A stretch of 64,000 nucleotides of DNA from contig NC_133619.1 of NCBI RefSeq assembly GCF_048593235.1, positions 448,659,644-448,723,643 of the forward strand, in the 5' to 3' direction. The notes beneath the pieces were generated by a model that was not told where the DNA came from, did not search any database, and saw only the letters and a list, made by a program, of their open reading frames with translations. The stretch comes from Sminthopsis crassicaudata (taxonomy: Eukaryota). A program made the position numbers and the translations under genes. Shown here piece by piece: positions 1-14,100 of this stretch. Within the stretch, counting starts at the first letter, position 1. Each line of letters begins with the position of its first letter.

Positions 1-696
1 GTATATCATGGGTAGCTCTCACCTGGGCAAGAATTATGCTGTGACTGCCTAGGCTTTCTCTCAGTTCAGGCATGAAAACTTTTTAGGGATTTGGGGGAGA
101 ATAATTGCTAATCTCCTGACTGTAACATAAAGGACCCAAAGGAAAGAGTAGAGCCCCATAATTGTTTTTTGGGTTCTTATATTCAGGGCTAGACTTGTTC
201 CCTCACTCTCAGAGTTTAAATTATAGGATTTTATGAGCCTGTATTCATAAGATCTTTCATAAGAGAAAGATGGCATGTCAAAAGGTCAATTCATCTGTTC
301 ACACATCAGTTGACTATATGGACTGGTATAGAATAAACAGATAAAGTATGGGGACGAAGTATTCAATTTAGGATTGAAAATTCTGTCTGCTAGTTTAAAA
401 TATCTATCTAATAATCAATGCACAGAATTCATATTATCAAGCCCTTACAAAATTCTTTGGGAAATTAAAACACAACAACCTGCTTGACTGATTAACTTAA
501 CTATCCTCTAGTGCTTAGGAAAACTGGCTTATAATACAATGTTTATAGTGTCAGTAACTAAATTCCTCTGAATGGAGCCAAAAACAGACCTGTATTTTTG
601 TTCTGTAATGAAAAATATAAGCATAATTTTGGTTTTTAAATTTTATATTGAAAAACCAACATACAGTATTAAATTTTGCTTTGGTGCTTCTTCTAG

Positions 697-825
697 GTAC
701 ACTTTCACAGGAATTTATACCTTTGAATCACTTATAAAAATTTTGGCAAGAGGTTTCTGTTTAGAAGGCTTTACTTTCCTCCGTGATCCATGGAATTGGC
801 TGGATTTCAGTGTCATTTTGATGGC
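697..825 (+). CDS. SCN3A: Coding exon 4 (129 nt), DI S2-S3: [43 protein letters not shown]
   Basis: ttctag acceptor ends at 696, GC|gtaagt donor at 826; translation is a Nav DI S2-S3 match. Confidence 0.97.
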
Positions 826-1331
826 GTAAGTGTTTGAATTGCTCAAATAAAACAAAGGCATGAAATTAACTTCTGTATAAAACATATTTATCATATCTTT
901 ATCATCATAGTGATTTCTATTTAGTTGATGTGTCTATGTATCTATTGCATGCATTTTTGGAACATATCCTATATTGCAAAACAAAATCTGATATAGAAGT
1001 TGAAATTAGGTATCAATTCTAAAATTGTAGGGAAGGTATGATACACTAAATTTCCTCTACTCAAACATGTTAAAGTTATTTGTTGACTTCAGTTTCCTAG
1101 TGCCACCAGATAAAGTAAGGGAAATGAGTTTCATACATTAGCTCAGTTTACTTTGTTGCCATTTAAGTTGAATTAGTAACCTTTTAAAGTGCAGATTGAA
1201 AAGAAAGGTAATTTCGACTAGCAATTTCATTGACTCCTTTTTTGTCAAAGTGGTCTGTGAGCCAAATGCAGCATTAATTATTTAGTAAAAATTATGCAAA
1301 AATCTTCAATAACTCTGATTTAATTCTACAG

Positions 1332-1423
1332 GTATGTAACAGAATTTGTAAACCTAGGCAATGTTTCAGCTCTTCGCACTTTCAGAGTATTGAGAGCTCT
1401 GAAAACTATTTCTGTAATCCCAG
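1332..1423 (+). CDS. SCN3A: Mutually exclusive exon 5N (neonatal, 92 nt), DI S3-S4: [30 protein letters not shown]
   Basis: tacag acceptor, CAG|gtaaga donor; upstream copy of the tandem pair with a neutral residue (AAC, Asn) at 1351-1353. Confidence 0.95.
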
Positions 1424-1500
1424 GTAAGAAGTTAACTGGTGTAAGGGATTAGGCCCCTTATATATCCAATTATTTCTTGTGTGTTATTGTGTTTGTGTGA

Positions 1501-1632
<132 letters not shown>

Positions 1633-2425
1633 TGATTTTAAATATATCCAAGTTGAAAGCACAACTTTTTAAAGCAATAAGCCTTTTAAAACAATTTATA
1701 TGAACAAAATGCAGTGAATGCAAGGAAGAGTTTTAATTATAATGAATCTTTACATTTTAAAAAATATTTGTACTTATAAAGTCAGCCCCTGAGTTTAACA
1801 AAATATTGCATGAGACAGCTATTTTTAAGAAATTAGTCTCATTTTAAATTTACAGCATGAATCTTTCTCCTAAAACATTTAGAAAAAAGCTTCATTGTTG
1901 TACAACTTCATTATTATAAATGTTTAGGACGGAAAATAGAAATCTATTTTTTTCAAGTTATCTTAAAAGCAAAAAGAATATTAAAAAAAAATAGCTACAG
2001 CCTAACATGGGATATTTAAATTGTTAATTTATTTTTATTTCCTCTAAACCACTGCCAGGTAAATAATAGTATATGACAATGTTTAAAGAAAATTAAACAT
2101 AATTTTTTTAAAAAGAGCTAAAATAAAAAGAAAGAACAGGGAGATTTTCTTTACATTGTCTTGTGGGCAGAGTAACCCATAATAAACAAAATGTCTTGTT
2201 TTTTATAAAAAGTTATAGTGGGGAGCCAGAAAACTCACTGCTTATAGAAATAAATTTTTGTCCTTCATTCATTTCCCAAACCCCTGGTTGTTTGCTAGGT
2301 TTTATTACTTCAAAAGCCAAACAATGATTTGGGGAATGAAAAGAAAGGGATGTTCATGCATGATTAATAAAAAAAAATGTGATTTGTAGCAGTATTAATA
2401 CATTTTTCTATCTAACTCCTTGCAG

Positions 2426-2698
2426 GTTTAAAGACTATTGTGGGGGCCCTAATCCAGTCAGTGAAGAAGCTTTCCGATGTCATGATCCTGACTGTTTTTT
2501 GTTTGAGTGTGTTTGCTCTCATTGGACTGCAGCTGTTCATGGGCAACCTGAGGAACAAATGTTTGCAATGGCCCCCAGGCAATTCTACTTTTGAAACAAA
2601 CATTACTTCCTACTATAATAGTACAATAGATATAAATGGGACATCTGTTAATACAACAATGAACACATTTAACTGGAAGGAATACATTGAAGATAAAA
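2426..2698 (+). CDS. SCN3A: Coding exon 6 (273 nt), DI S4-S5 linker, S5 and glycosylated extracellular loop
   Basis: tgcag acceptor, A|gtaaga donor; [46 protein letters not shown]...NWKEYIEDK. Confidence 0.96.
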
Positions 2699-2827
2699 GT
2701 AAGAAGTGCTACTATATATTAACCTGTTTATTGCAAAAACTTTTACAAATGTCAATAGATGAAGAAATGAGGGTTAATTTAAAATAAATTTTGATGCCAA
2801 TAACTATTGTGAAATTCAGTGACTATT

Positions 2828-2970
2828 TTTTCCCCCCTGAGGCTGGGGTTAAGTGACTTGCCCAGGGTCCCACAGCTAGGAAGTGTTAAAGTGTCTGAGA
2901 TCAGATTTGAACTCTGGTCCTCCTGAATTCAGGGCTGGTGCTCTATCCACTGTGCCACCTAGCTACCCCC
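2828..2970 (-). mobile_element. Young marsupial tRNA-derived SINE (WSINE1-like) with 13-bp target-site duplication
   Basis: Reverse complement has A box (ggtggcacagtgg), B box (gagttcaaatc) and CORE ctgggcaagtcacttaacc; TSD ttcagtgactatt at 2815-2827 and 2971-2983. Confidence 0.85.
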
Positions 2971-3113
2971 TTCAGTGACTATTCTTAAGGAAAACTAAGG
3001 AGTATTTTAGAACTATGTAATAAGTATAATTGCATGTCTTCATTATTAGTTTGTATAAAATTGACTTCTTAATCACATTAATCTATAAAATATTTTATTC
3101 TTTTAATTAACAG

Positions 3114-3177
3114 GTCATTTTTATTTTTTGGATGGACAAAATGATGCTTTACTTTGTGGAAATAGTTCAGATGCAGG
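3114..3177 (+). CDS. SCN3A: Coding exon 7 (64 nt): SHFYFLDGQNDALLCGNSSDAG
   Basis: aacag acceptor, GG|gtaagg donor; in frame with its neighbours; not in the ORF track. Confidence 0.95.
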
Positions 3178-4029
3178 GTAAGGAACATTAAGAAACATAT
3201 TTTATTGCAGAGAGCAAAAAAGAAGTCTAACTACATATAGAAAGAATGGGATTTGCCAATGGGATTTAAAATATTTTTTTTTCTTTTTTGTCAAAGACTC
3301 TAAAATTAATAACAGAAAGTCATTCCTTTGGATTAATCCAGTGTCTCTAGAAGATTATAATAAACTGCATTTTACAGTGAAATGAATTTGTCCTCATCAA
3401 AACCTTATAAAGTATTAACAAATCTTTGGATTTATAACTTGGAAAGCAGATAATAATGCTTTGAATGAATACAGGATATAGTATAGTAAGACTTTAAAAA
3501 AGATTTATACCTATTTACATGTGATAGAGGTGGGATAAGTAAGAGAAGCTGGCTGTTATTAAAGCCTTTCATCACCTAGCCAGATCTTATCTTTCAAATC
3601 TTCTTACTCTTTACTCCCCCAACACCTACTCTTTGATCCAATGACTCTGGTCTCTTGGTTGTTTCCAGAACAAGACACTTCCATCTCCAAGGCCTTCTCT
3701 CTGGCTATCTCCCATACCTGGAACCCTCCCTCCTCTACTTCAGTTGCAATCTCCCTGAATTCTTTTAAGTCTCAACTAAAATTCCACCTTCTACAAGAAG
3801 CTTTCCAAAATCCCTCTTAATTCCCATGCTTTCTGCTTTTTAAAATTATTTCCTAGGAGAACAAACAACATTTGTCCTGTATATAGGAATTTTTGTGTAT
3901 ATTTATATGTATATCTATCTCTCTTCCCCCCCCCCCATTAAAATGTAAGGTCCTTTAAGGCATGGATTGACTTTTTCATGTTTTATTATTCCTAAGAGCA
4001 TAGTGCTTATCACATCTTATGTACTTAAT

Positions 4030-4320
4030 ATTACTAGTCTTTAGTCCTCCAAGAGGATCTTGCCTTCTGGGAGGTGATGCCATAATCCACAAGTGGATTG
4101 GATTTAGGTGAGGGAGGGTTGAGCAAGGTCACCTGCCTCACTTTTTCCTCCAGAACTCTCTGAGTTCAGTGGCCAGATACAGATCAGAGACCTTTTAAAG
4201 CCCTAGCCTTTTTAAGTTAAAGTCTTTAACAGGTCTCAGTTTGACTGAGGCAATGCCCAATCAGTGATTAAGGCCAGGTAAGAAATGAGACACAGAATGT
4301 TCCCTCTTTTGCCTAATAAC
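4030..4320 (+). mobile_element. Marsupial RTE-related SINE fragment (WALLSI-like; family name tentative)
   Basis: Recognisable gggaggtgatgccat...gtggattggattta...gtgagggagggttg...caaggtcacc...cctccaga...cagtggccagat...aggtctcagtttg...gaggcaatgccca...cagtgattaaggc pattern; boundaries approximate. Confidence 0.55.
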
Positions 4321-4330
4321 CCCCCCCCCA

Positions 4331-4446
4331 CATACACACACGGATTTATGTACACACACATGCACAGATTTATATACACACATGTATACATACATATATG
4401 TATGTATATGTGTATAGATATGTGTGTACACACACACACACACGTG
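4331..4446. repeat. (CA)/(TA) low-complexity tract
   Basis: Alternating purine-pyrimidine run ending in (CA)n; source of spurious ORFs 4236-4587. Confidence 0.9.
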
Positions 4447-4763
4447 TATTCTGGAAAGGGAAGACCTTTAATGTCCAAATGGGGCTTGGCCAGACATATT
4501 GTTGGCCAATCAAAGACAACAAGAGTGATTATCATACATTCTGATTTATTTGAAAGTAGCATCAGGGTATATTTGTATGAGAGATAAAGTCAATAGTTCA
4601 ACAGTAGTCAGCAGACTGTAAAAGGGGGGAAAAAAGTAAGATTAGTTCTTCATGCTTCCATTTTTGTTCAAAAGCTAAGTTTTGTGATAACTATTTTGCT
4701 TAGGAAAATTCACATGATAGAAATTTCTCTGTAACAACAATTGAAAATGTTTTATAAGAGTAA

Positions 4764-5030
<267 letters not shown>

Positions 5031-5420
5031 TAATAAATTATTTAAAATTTATCATCAGATAAAGATGGTATGTAACTGAAATTTTAATGTAACATTATTT
5101 GTAAAATTTGGTATAAGGTGAGTCTGTTTTATTTCTTTATCAATTAACAAATACAGACTGAGCAACTGTTATTCATGCGGTTTTGTTAGACAACATAGGA
5201 AATACTAAGGTCCTTTAAGATCTTTATTATCTTATTATTCAATGAGATTAAAATTGTTAAATGAGCAAAATTCTTTGTAAACTTTAAAATGCAATATAAA
5301 TACTAAATATTATGATGATGCTGACCCATACAAAATGATGGCATAATGTCTTGACCTCAAGCAGCTTTACATTAGAGTTAGGTGAAAAAGTCATAATTAC
5401 ATGATAAGATAACTAAAAAG

Positions 5421-5590
5421 CATAGTTGGGATAGCACAATGGATAGAGAGTTGGTCTGTGTCAGTCAGTAAGTCCTGGAATAGAATCTTGCTTCTGACAT
5501 ATACTGGCCATATTATTGCTGGCAAGTCACTTAACCCCTCACTTACTTGCCTCATACAACTCCTAAAACAATCAATTACAGACTGAATGT
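5421..5590 (+). mobile_element. Old CORE-SINE (MAR1/MIR-like) fragment
   Basis: agcacaatggatagagag...cttgcttctgacatatactgg...ggcaagtcacttaacc; boundaries approximate. Confidence 0.6.
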
Positions 5591-5629
5591 GGATCACAAC
5601 ATAGTATTTTCACTTTTTTTTGTCATTGT

Positions 5630-5880
5630 TATTTGCTTGCTTTTTTTCTTTCTTTCTCATTTTCTTCCATTTTTAACCTGATTTTTCTTGTGCAGTATGG
5701 GAAATATGTTTAGAAGAACTATACATATTTAACCTGTATTGATTTATTTTCTGTCCAGGGTATGGAGTTGGAGGGAGAGAGAAAAATTTGAAACACAAGG
5801 TTTTGCCAAATGAATGTTGAAAACTATCCTTGCATATATTTTGAAAAATTTTAAAAAATTATTAAAAATTAAAAAAAAAT
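5630..5880 (+). mobile_element. L1 3' UTR fragment with A-rich tail
   Basis: atatgtttagaagaa...catatttaacct...ggagggagagagaaaaatttgaaacacaagg...gaatgttgaaaactatc...A-rich end; similar to copies at 59.1-59.9 kb. Confidence 0.6.
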
Positions 5881-6239
5881 CAATTGCAGAGTTGTCAATA
5901 TTTATCACCGGAGAGTGTTTCCATGCTAATAAATCTCTGTGGTACAGCTTCCCACAATGATGAAATCATAATCCTATGCCCAATCAATCATATAGCAATT
6001 AAGTGCAGAGTTCAGAGAAGGGAGAGGAAGTACTATCTTCTCCAAAAGAAACTCATTACAGGAAGGTGAGATATTACTATCCCAAAGGCAGTAAATATCT
6101 TTAGACATAAATTCCTGCATATTTAGAATTTTATGAGAGTAAACTTTGATAGAGAATTTTTAGAATAAAGTATCTTTCATGCTACAAACAAGTTTTAGTC
6201 AAAATGTTGTAATGTTATATATAGAATCACACAATCTTA

Positions 6240-6700
6240 GATTTAGTTGAAAAGGACCTCTGGGACCAACTATTTCTACTCTTAGAAACATAAATTTCCT
6301 TTATGATTCATTGACAAAACACTGTAGGAAGACCTCCAAGAAGGAGAAACCTCCTAATTGCCTCAAGTAGCCCATTTGACTTTTGGGCAACTCTGGATAT
6401 TACCAAGTTTTTCCCAACATCAAACCTAAATTTGACTCTTTGAAAATTCTACCTGCTGCACCTATTTTTGCCCTTCACCTTCCTGGATGCCCTCCTTTGG
6501 AATCTTTCCAAAGAATAGTTTATCAATACTCTTCCTAAAATGTCATGGCAAGAACTGAACATAATATTTCAGATATAGTTTGGCCAGATCAGAGCACTAT
6601 GGGACTATTAATACTATTTTGGATAGTATGTCTCTCATTATTTAGTCTAAGATCACATTAACTTTTTTGAGAGATGATATTGACTCACTGAGCTTTCTTT
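6240..6700 (-). mobile_element. Old L3/CR1-like LINE fragment
   Basis: Decayed pattern (agcccatt...ttttgggcaactct...aagtttttccc...aacctaaat) shared with 40490-40930; boundaries approximate. Confidence 0.4.
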
Positions 6701-7147
6701 TTTTCTTTCTAAATATTAATTGCTATTCAACTATACTTTCTCTAACTCAAACTGGTAAGTTGATCTTTTGAACCACTCCCCCCCAATTTTATTTTTTAAT
6801 TAACCTGTAATTGTTTTCTCTCCTTCCTTCTCCCAGATTAGAAATAAAACAAAATGCATATAATAAACATATAGATCAAGCAAAACTAATTTCTGTGTTA
6901 TCTCTGTCCAAAAATGTATGTCTCATTCTGCCTTTTTAAGTTCATCACTTCTTTATATGGAACTTCAGTTAAAGAAAAATTACAAATCATCACCATCACA
7001 TTTCTTCTTAATAGACTGAACCCAATAGCTTCATTTGTTCTAGAAAAAAATCTTATGAATAAATTAGCTGCTGACCTCCTAACTTGTGAAAGCAGTCTTC
7101 TACCTTGTATCATGACATGTTATCTACACTTTTTTTTCTTCCTCTAG

Positions 7148-7363
<216 letters not shown>

Positions 7364-9008
7364 TAAAATGCATTATTCTAGTTCTTATATTCCTAAGTAT
7401 AATTTATGCTATACTAGACAGATAAAATTAGAACATGATATCCATTAATATCCAATTCATTAGATAGCAACAGAATCTTCTTTAAAACTTAAAATAGCTT
7501 TTGAATTAAATTGGATTAATTTCAATGAGAATAATTACATATGTACAGAAACTCATAGAAAGTATTAATAGGTAAATTCAAATAAGGTTTACTATATGTT
7601 GCTAAATGTTCATTTATGAAATCAGTATCATGATAGATTTTTAATTAACAAAGAAAAATGGCACATATAAAAAAGATACCCATGCTATTATTTCCCATAT
7701 TGCACTGATTCTAGGCAGGGATCTACAGACAATCCCTTCCTCATCAAGAAGTTATGCTGGTAGATAAATTTATTTTGGTTCTTAACAAGTCCATACAAGC
7801 TAACCCCAAGACACAACTGAGAGTATAGATAGATTTCAAGAGGACAGGGGTGGGATGGATTATAAACTTGAATGAAAATTATACTTTTCTTTTTATTAAC
7901 TTTTAACTAAAAGTTATCATTTCCTTTAACAACTTAAAAACATTCAGTTGAGAAGGGGTCTGTGATCTTCAGCATAGTGCGAAAGGGATCTATGAAATAA
8001 AAAAAGATTAAAACACTTACCTAGGGCCTGGATTAAGTGAAGTAGATGGTAAAACATACAGTTTGTGAAAAAGATTTTGAACTACATCTCATGCAGCTGT
8101 ATAACCAATTTCCAGCCTTAGGTTAATTCAATAAAATGAAAATAAAGCAAGCTGGGTTAAGGGGTAAATAGTGAGGAGAGTATGACTCTAGGAAAAAAGT
8201 TAAGATACAATCTGAAAATATAATACAGATCAATGAACTATGTTTAGTCAATAAACATTTATTAACCATCTACTACATATGCTTAATGGTGATACAAAGA
8301 AAGGCAAAACACTATTCTGATATCAAGAGCGCTCACAATCTAATTGTTCTTTCATTTCCTGCTTAACAGTATTTAAACAGATTATTTATTAAATGCTCAC
8401 CTCCTAGTGAATGAATACTCTTAACTCAAATAGTTTTTCTAAAAAAATGTTTTAAGGGAAATTCAATTATTATGTTTCCAAAATACTGCTCAGGACTATA
8501 TACAGTTGTCTATTTCTTTAATAATGCTGTTCTTGTATAGACAGAAATTGAATCAGGTCTTTGAATGAATCACTTCATCTTCTTTTTCTTTAAATATGCA
8601 TCAATAAATATGGATAGTTCTGCACTCCTTTTCTATTGCTTCTTTGAGATTTTTAGACAAAAATATACTGTGTAATAAGAAATATTACTTGGAAATAGCA
8701 TAGTGGAGTGGAAAGTGCTAATTTCCTTGGATTTGGATCCAGAAGACCAACATTAAAATACTGGATCTTCTTTTTATAATCTGTGTTTTTGTAAATCATT
8801 TAACCTCTAGAAATGATAGGGGTGGAGATTATTTAAGATATTTTAATTATTTATCAATTTTACTTTATATCATTAAATGAGAATAAATAATAAACAGTCA
8901 AATTGATTCTGACACAGGATAGAGGTTGCTTTATTCAAACTCTTTATTGTTGCTTTATGGTATTTATATAGTCATCTAATACTGTGTAGGAAAATATAAA
9001 CATTTTGT

Positions 9009-9153
9009 TGCAGCTAGTTGGTATAGTGGATAAAGCAACAACCCTAAAGTCAGAAGGAACTAATCTAACCTCAGCTACTTAACACTTCCTGACTATATGA
9101 CCCTAGTCAAGTCACTTAACCCCAATTGACTCAGCCCCCCCCCCAAAAAAAAT
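9009..9153 (+). mobile_element. Older diverged copy of the same tRNA-derived marsupial SINE
   Basis: gcagctagttggtatagtggataaagca...cttaacacttcctgact...caagtcacttaaccccaattgactcag, C-run and A tail. Confidence 0.75.
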
Positions 9154-10836
9154 CAACATTTTGCATATGATCTATAGTCATACATTATTGAGTATTTGAC
9201 ACTATTACAAAATATGCAATAAAATATGATGTGATTTGCAATGCTGACAAACTATATGAGTTAACATCTTGCTTCTGAAATGCAATCATTTTGAGGGTAA
9301 AATGTGGCACCATTAAAATGTGTACAGTCTTTAGAAATAGGAACTTGCTACATCTAGCTTAAGGTGAAATGGAATTTAGACAAGTAGAATGTTAGCAGTC
9401 AAATGATAATCTGGCTTACAACATTAAAGTTTGTATCTTCACATTTGCCAAAAGAATGCCATTGGATATTAATGCTTAATTAATAAGAAGTGGACAGACT
9501 TTCACTTTCTAAGTGCAAAACTTTAAACAATCAGAAAATTCTTAGCACTTGATCTTATGACCATAGGACTACACACACTTTATTTTGAATTTTTAAAAGT
9601 TTCTATTTTTCAAATAAGAAGATCAAAATTCTGCCATTATAATGCAATCCAACCAAACAAAAGTAGCTGATGAAAAAATCATAAGAGTTTGACATTTAAG
9701 ATCTCAATTTATCTTGCTGAATCATAATATCTCACTACCTGCAAAATTTCACAAGTACCATCCACCTAATGATTTAAGGTATCTGAGTTTCTGCTGAAGA
9801 CTAATCATATATTCATCATTGTTTAGACATGAAGAAAGACTTTATATCAGCCCAGTGGATTCATATATGAAATGCAACTTAAATAGATAAGGAAATACAA
9901 AACCACAAAAGGATAATAGATAGTTATGTACTAGAAAATTATGTTTAGATATTTAGTACATAATCTTTGAATCCCTAGCATCATATAACCCATTATCTCA
10001 AATGTTCAAAAGCTTATATTGATATTAGACGAAAAACATCTCTTAAGAAGACAATTTTTTAAAACAGAAAAAGATATTTTGTAAGACATAAATATAGTCC
10101 TTCATATAAAAAAAAAGATTAGATGTTGTATTTTAAAAATATATGTGGAGAATTTTAATAGCTGGATTTTACTGTAATTGAGGGAAAATTATATAATGAT
10201 GTCAGAATTCTTATATGAAGAAATTGTGAAAATAAAAATAATCATATAAATAGCTGTTATATGTTATAAGATTGGCATTGACCAAGTCAGCTATAAAAGC
10301 AATGATATTCTAAGCAAGATAGCACATTGACAGTGTTGCAATGTTAGCTATGAACAGATAAATAAAGAGTTGAAATTTTTTGATTCAGTGCAAATGATAA
10401 ATCACTAGAACAATGGAAGTTATGAACAAGACAGAGAAATAGAGGGGGGCGGATATTATACTGGAAGGCAGCTCAGTATTAGTGCTGCCAGGGAGGCAAT
10501 ACATTTGAGTCACTAATACAGAAATACAACTTTGAAAAAATTTTGGCCAATATGTTTTATACATTTCAATTAGTTTCCACATCTGTAAGCAACAGCTACT
10601 TCTCAAATTGCTTGCTTGCTGCCATCTCACTTTGTCTCTTAAACATTTTCTGCCTTTCATGGCAGGTGAAATAAGATTGTTTTCTTTTTTATACATTTTG
10701 TGATAAAATATTTTTATTCATTCAAAATATAGTCCTAATGCCAGGCTACAGATAAGCCATGTCCTAGGATTTTCTATTAGTAATGCAATACAATCTAATA
10801 GTACTTTTTTTGCTCTTCTGAGACGGATGCTTTACC

Positions 10837-10861
10837 TTTTTTTTTTTTTTTTTTTTTTTTT
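10837..10861. repeat. Poly-T (25)
   Basis: Homopolymer. Confidence 0.9.
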
Positions 10862-11845
10862 ACTCTCTCTTATAGTCATGGTTAAATAAATCACACTTGA
10901 ATTTCAATGCTGAAAATACTTATCCTTGAAATAAAATTATAGAATGGTTGCCATTTTCCCCCTAAGACTTGGCTAACTTTCAGAAGTGGGTAAGGTAGTC
11001 TTAGTTAAAAGAACCTTCCAAAAACTGAAAACTTAAAAGAGGTATATACTATGATTTCTTGTAACAATAGGAATTTATCATAAGATTTTATTCTGTTTTA
11101 TCCTTTATTAATTTGCAAATAGTTTTGGAACTTGAGTATTAATTGGAAACATTTGAAATACAATAAATAAGCATGATCTAAATCTGAATTTCATTTAAGA
11201 TTATGAACTTCAAGGCATAATTTAGTCCAAACAAAAAAACTGAGGATATGTTTTCCTCTCTTTGGGAAGGACTATAATCTGTAGTTAGTACAGGGAGGCA
11301 TGACTCTGAATTTATAAAAGAGAAAAATGTATCTTTTTCTATATTTAAAGTGAATACCAATCAGCTACTCACCACATACACAATATAGGAAAGGATAGAA
11401 CTACCAGTTCATCTATCAGTATTTATGACAGTGGAAATCTCCCAAAATGTCTAAGCTATCATTATTACTCCACCAAAATTCTCAGAAACACTTGTGAAAT
11501 ATCATAGGAAATTCATATTATCAGTGGCAATGGGTGTAATAAGGGAACATTTTTTCCATGAGTTAGTCAGTAAAAACTAAATGACTGATCCAGGAAATAT
11601 AGAAATTCATCCCACATGAGACTCCAAAATCTTATTAGTTTATATCCCACCAAACTCAAAATGTAAGAACAAGGTTCACTATTGGATAAGATAAATTTAT
11701 ATGTAAAAAGTTAAATATATAGAAATATTTTTCAACTGTAACTCATAAACTATGAAGTATGTTCTGACATGTTATAGTTTGTAAGTTAATTCTGTGTTGT
11801 TTTAAAGTTCTACATGCTAAAGTGTATGATTTTGTGGTACAATAG

Positions 11846-12130
11846 GCAGTAGCAGCAGCATCAGCTGCATCAAGAGATTTCAGTGGAATAGGTGGGCTAG
11901 GGGAGCTCTTGGAAAGTTCTTCAGAAGCATCAAAATTGAGCTCAAAAAGTGCTAAAGAAAGAAGAAATAGAAGGAAGAAAAGAAAACAGAAGGAGCAACC
12001 TGGAGGAGTTCAAGGAGAGAATGATAAGTTTCCCAAATCTGAATCTGAAGACAGTGTGCGAAGAAGTTTCCACATATCCATGGATGGAAACAGACTGAAT
12101 TATGAAAAGAGATTTTCTTCTCCTCACCAG
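11846..12130 (+). CDS. SCN3A: Coding exon 10 (285 nt), DI-DII linker
   Basis: aatag acceptor, CAG|gtattt donor; [30 protein letters not shown]...RFSSPHQ. Confidence 0.95.
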
Positions 12131-13889
12131 GTATTTACTCTTATAAATTCCACTGCATAGGAAGCTTTGGCAATACATAATTGTGATTTCACTGTGTGGA
12201 AAAGTGAAAGAATGGATGGACTTACATTTTAATGTATTTATTTACTCATCAGTGATTCTAATTCATAAAACAACCATTTAATTTTTTCCCATTTGTTCAG
12301 GTATGATTATTTAGATATGTTGAGGAAATGCAGTTAATAGGTCTGAAACAGTTAGGAATATCTACTTGGTAAGACAATTTGGTATCTTTTGATTTTTCTA
12401 CCATTTTCATGTTTTAAAAAGTAATGAAATTGTAATCAAGATACCCAAGTTGCCTCAAAAATTCTACATTTGTCAAAAGTTATAATTTTGAATTGGGTAC
12501 AGAGTTAGAAGAAAAACATTACTATGAATCTACCTTGTATCTTTAGACAGAATAAATGAAAGATATACTACTGTGGATTTCCATTATGTCATTATCACAT
12601 TTGCAGTGTACCTATGTTTAGGAAGCCTTAAAGGAGAAAATTAAAATGAAAGATGGTTTCATTTTCCCCTTTGATTTAATTGCTATCTACCAATGCAACC
12701 AGTGCTGTAGGATATAAGAATAGTCTTAAAGGCAAAATAAAACGGAGCAAATGTATGTTACTGAAACTAGAATAATAAGTATTATTTGAGCTTTGAACTC
12801 TTTGTGATGCTTCAGTGGGATTACACATCACATTGTTATGAATCTTGAATTATATTCATCTGCAAGATAAAAGTACCAATTATAGGGCTAAATTAAAGCA
12901 ACAACACATGATACTGCTCTTTCTATGCAAACATAATGCAAAAAATTATTCTCCCTAAATGCAAGGAGAATTATAATATAGAGTGAAAAGAAAATCAAAT
13001 ATTCCAGAGCAATTGAACTAATTTTGTCTTTTTTTTTCCCCTTCATATTTATAGACTAGGTTTTCTTGGTCAGAATTTCTATAGATTAACTTTGACAGTA
13101 TGTGGGATTAAAATATTTTTAAAGACTCATGTTAAGTTTAATAATTGAAAGAGATGAGTAAATAGAGGTTAGAGTTAAAAAGTTTTGATATATTTCCATA
13201 TACATGTTCATATATGCCCACATATAGAATATTTACACACATACACACATATATATATATATATGCATATTTGCACATATAACTCATATGTAAGGAAACA
13301 ATTATTTCCATAATTGCTCCATTATTAAGCAGGTAGATAATTGATTATTTGATTTTTTCCCCCAGTGTGCACCTATGATTTAGTTAAGATAGAGAAATTC
13401 AAGAGTAAAAACTCTTTTCATCCAGGTATATCAGTTATCTGATAACATTTATTGTTGAAAGGTAATTTTTCTATTGGTCATAATATTATCCTATATTTAC
13501 TTTTTTCCCCTTCTTAAAATTCTTAAATTTTTGTATCATCTTGAAATCATACAATGATTTTATTTCTAACATGTTCTGCTATGTCAAAACAATCTAGTAT
13601 TTTTAACAGTAAATGATTTCTATTATTTAATAATCATAATTAGCTACTTGTATGGTATTTAGTTCCTTTAATCTTCATTTCCACATCTGTCCAATGAGGG
13701 AATAAGACTAAATGGTCTATGCTGTTTTGTTCCCTTGAGTTTAATTTCCTAGCATGTTTTTACCCATTAGAAAAAACCACTAGGCTTGAGATCTTCTAAC
13801 TCATAACTAGTCATAAACATGCAAAATGCTTGAGCTATATGGAATCTTAGAAAAAATCTGGTCATGAAGCTGGGTCATGAAGCAATATA

Positions 13890-14100
13890 GAATATTGGAA
13901 AGACAAATGGATTCCAATTCTGGCTCTGACATTGACTAGTTATATAATAAATTACTTTAACCTCTCTGAGCCCAAATTTCCTCATTTGTAAAATAAAAAT
14001 GATAATGCTTGTAGAACTTGCTTAGCAAAGTTGTTGTGAGAAAATATGTGTAAAGCACTTTGCAAACCTTAAAACACTATATAATGGCAGTTATTATTAG
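13890..14100 (+). mobile_element. MIR-type SINE
   Basis: ctggctctgacattgactag...aacctctctgagcccaaatttcctcatttgtaaaat...gttgttgtgag...aaagcactttgcaaaccttaaa. Confidence 0.7.

Noticed and set aside
4236-4587. Overlapping ORFs on both strands rich in H/T/Y/V/C
   Set aside because: Translation of a CA/TA low-complexity tract; the same applies to 24399-25090 and 61956-62159.
7967-7990. ttcagca.. as a possible REST/RE1 site (also about 63686)
   Set aside because: Lacks the right half-site (GGACAG).
11841-11865. Run of AGs after the exon 10 acceptor (tag|gcag tag cag cag) as NAGNAG alternatives
   Set aside because: Offsets +4, +7, +10 and +13 are all out of frame and are explained by Ala/Val codons.
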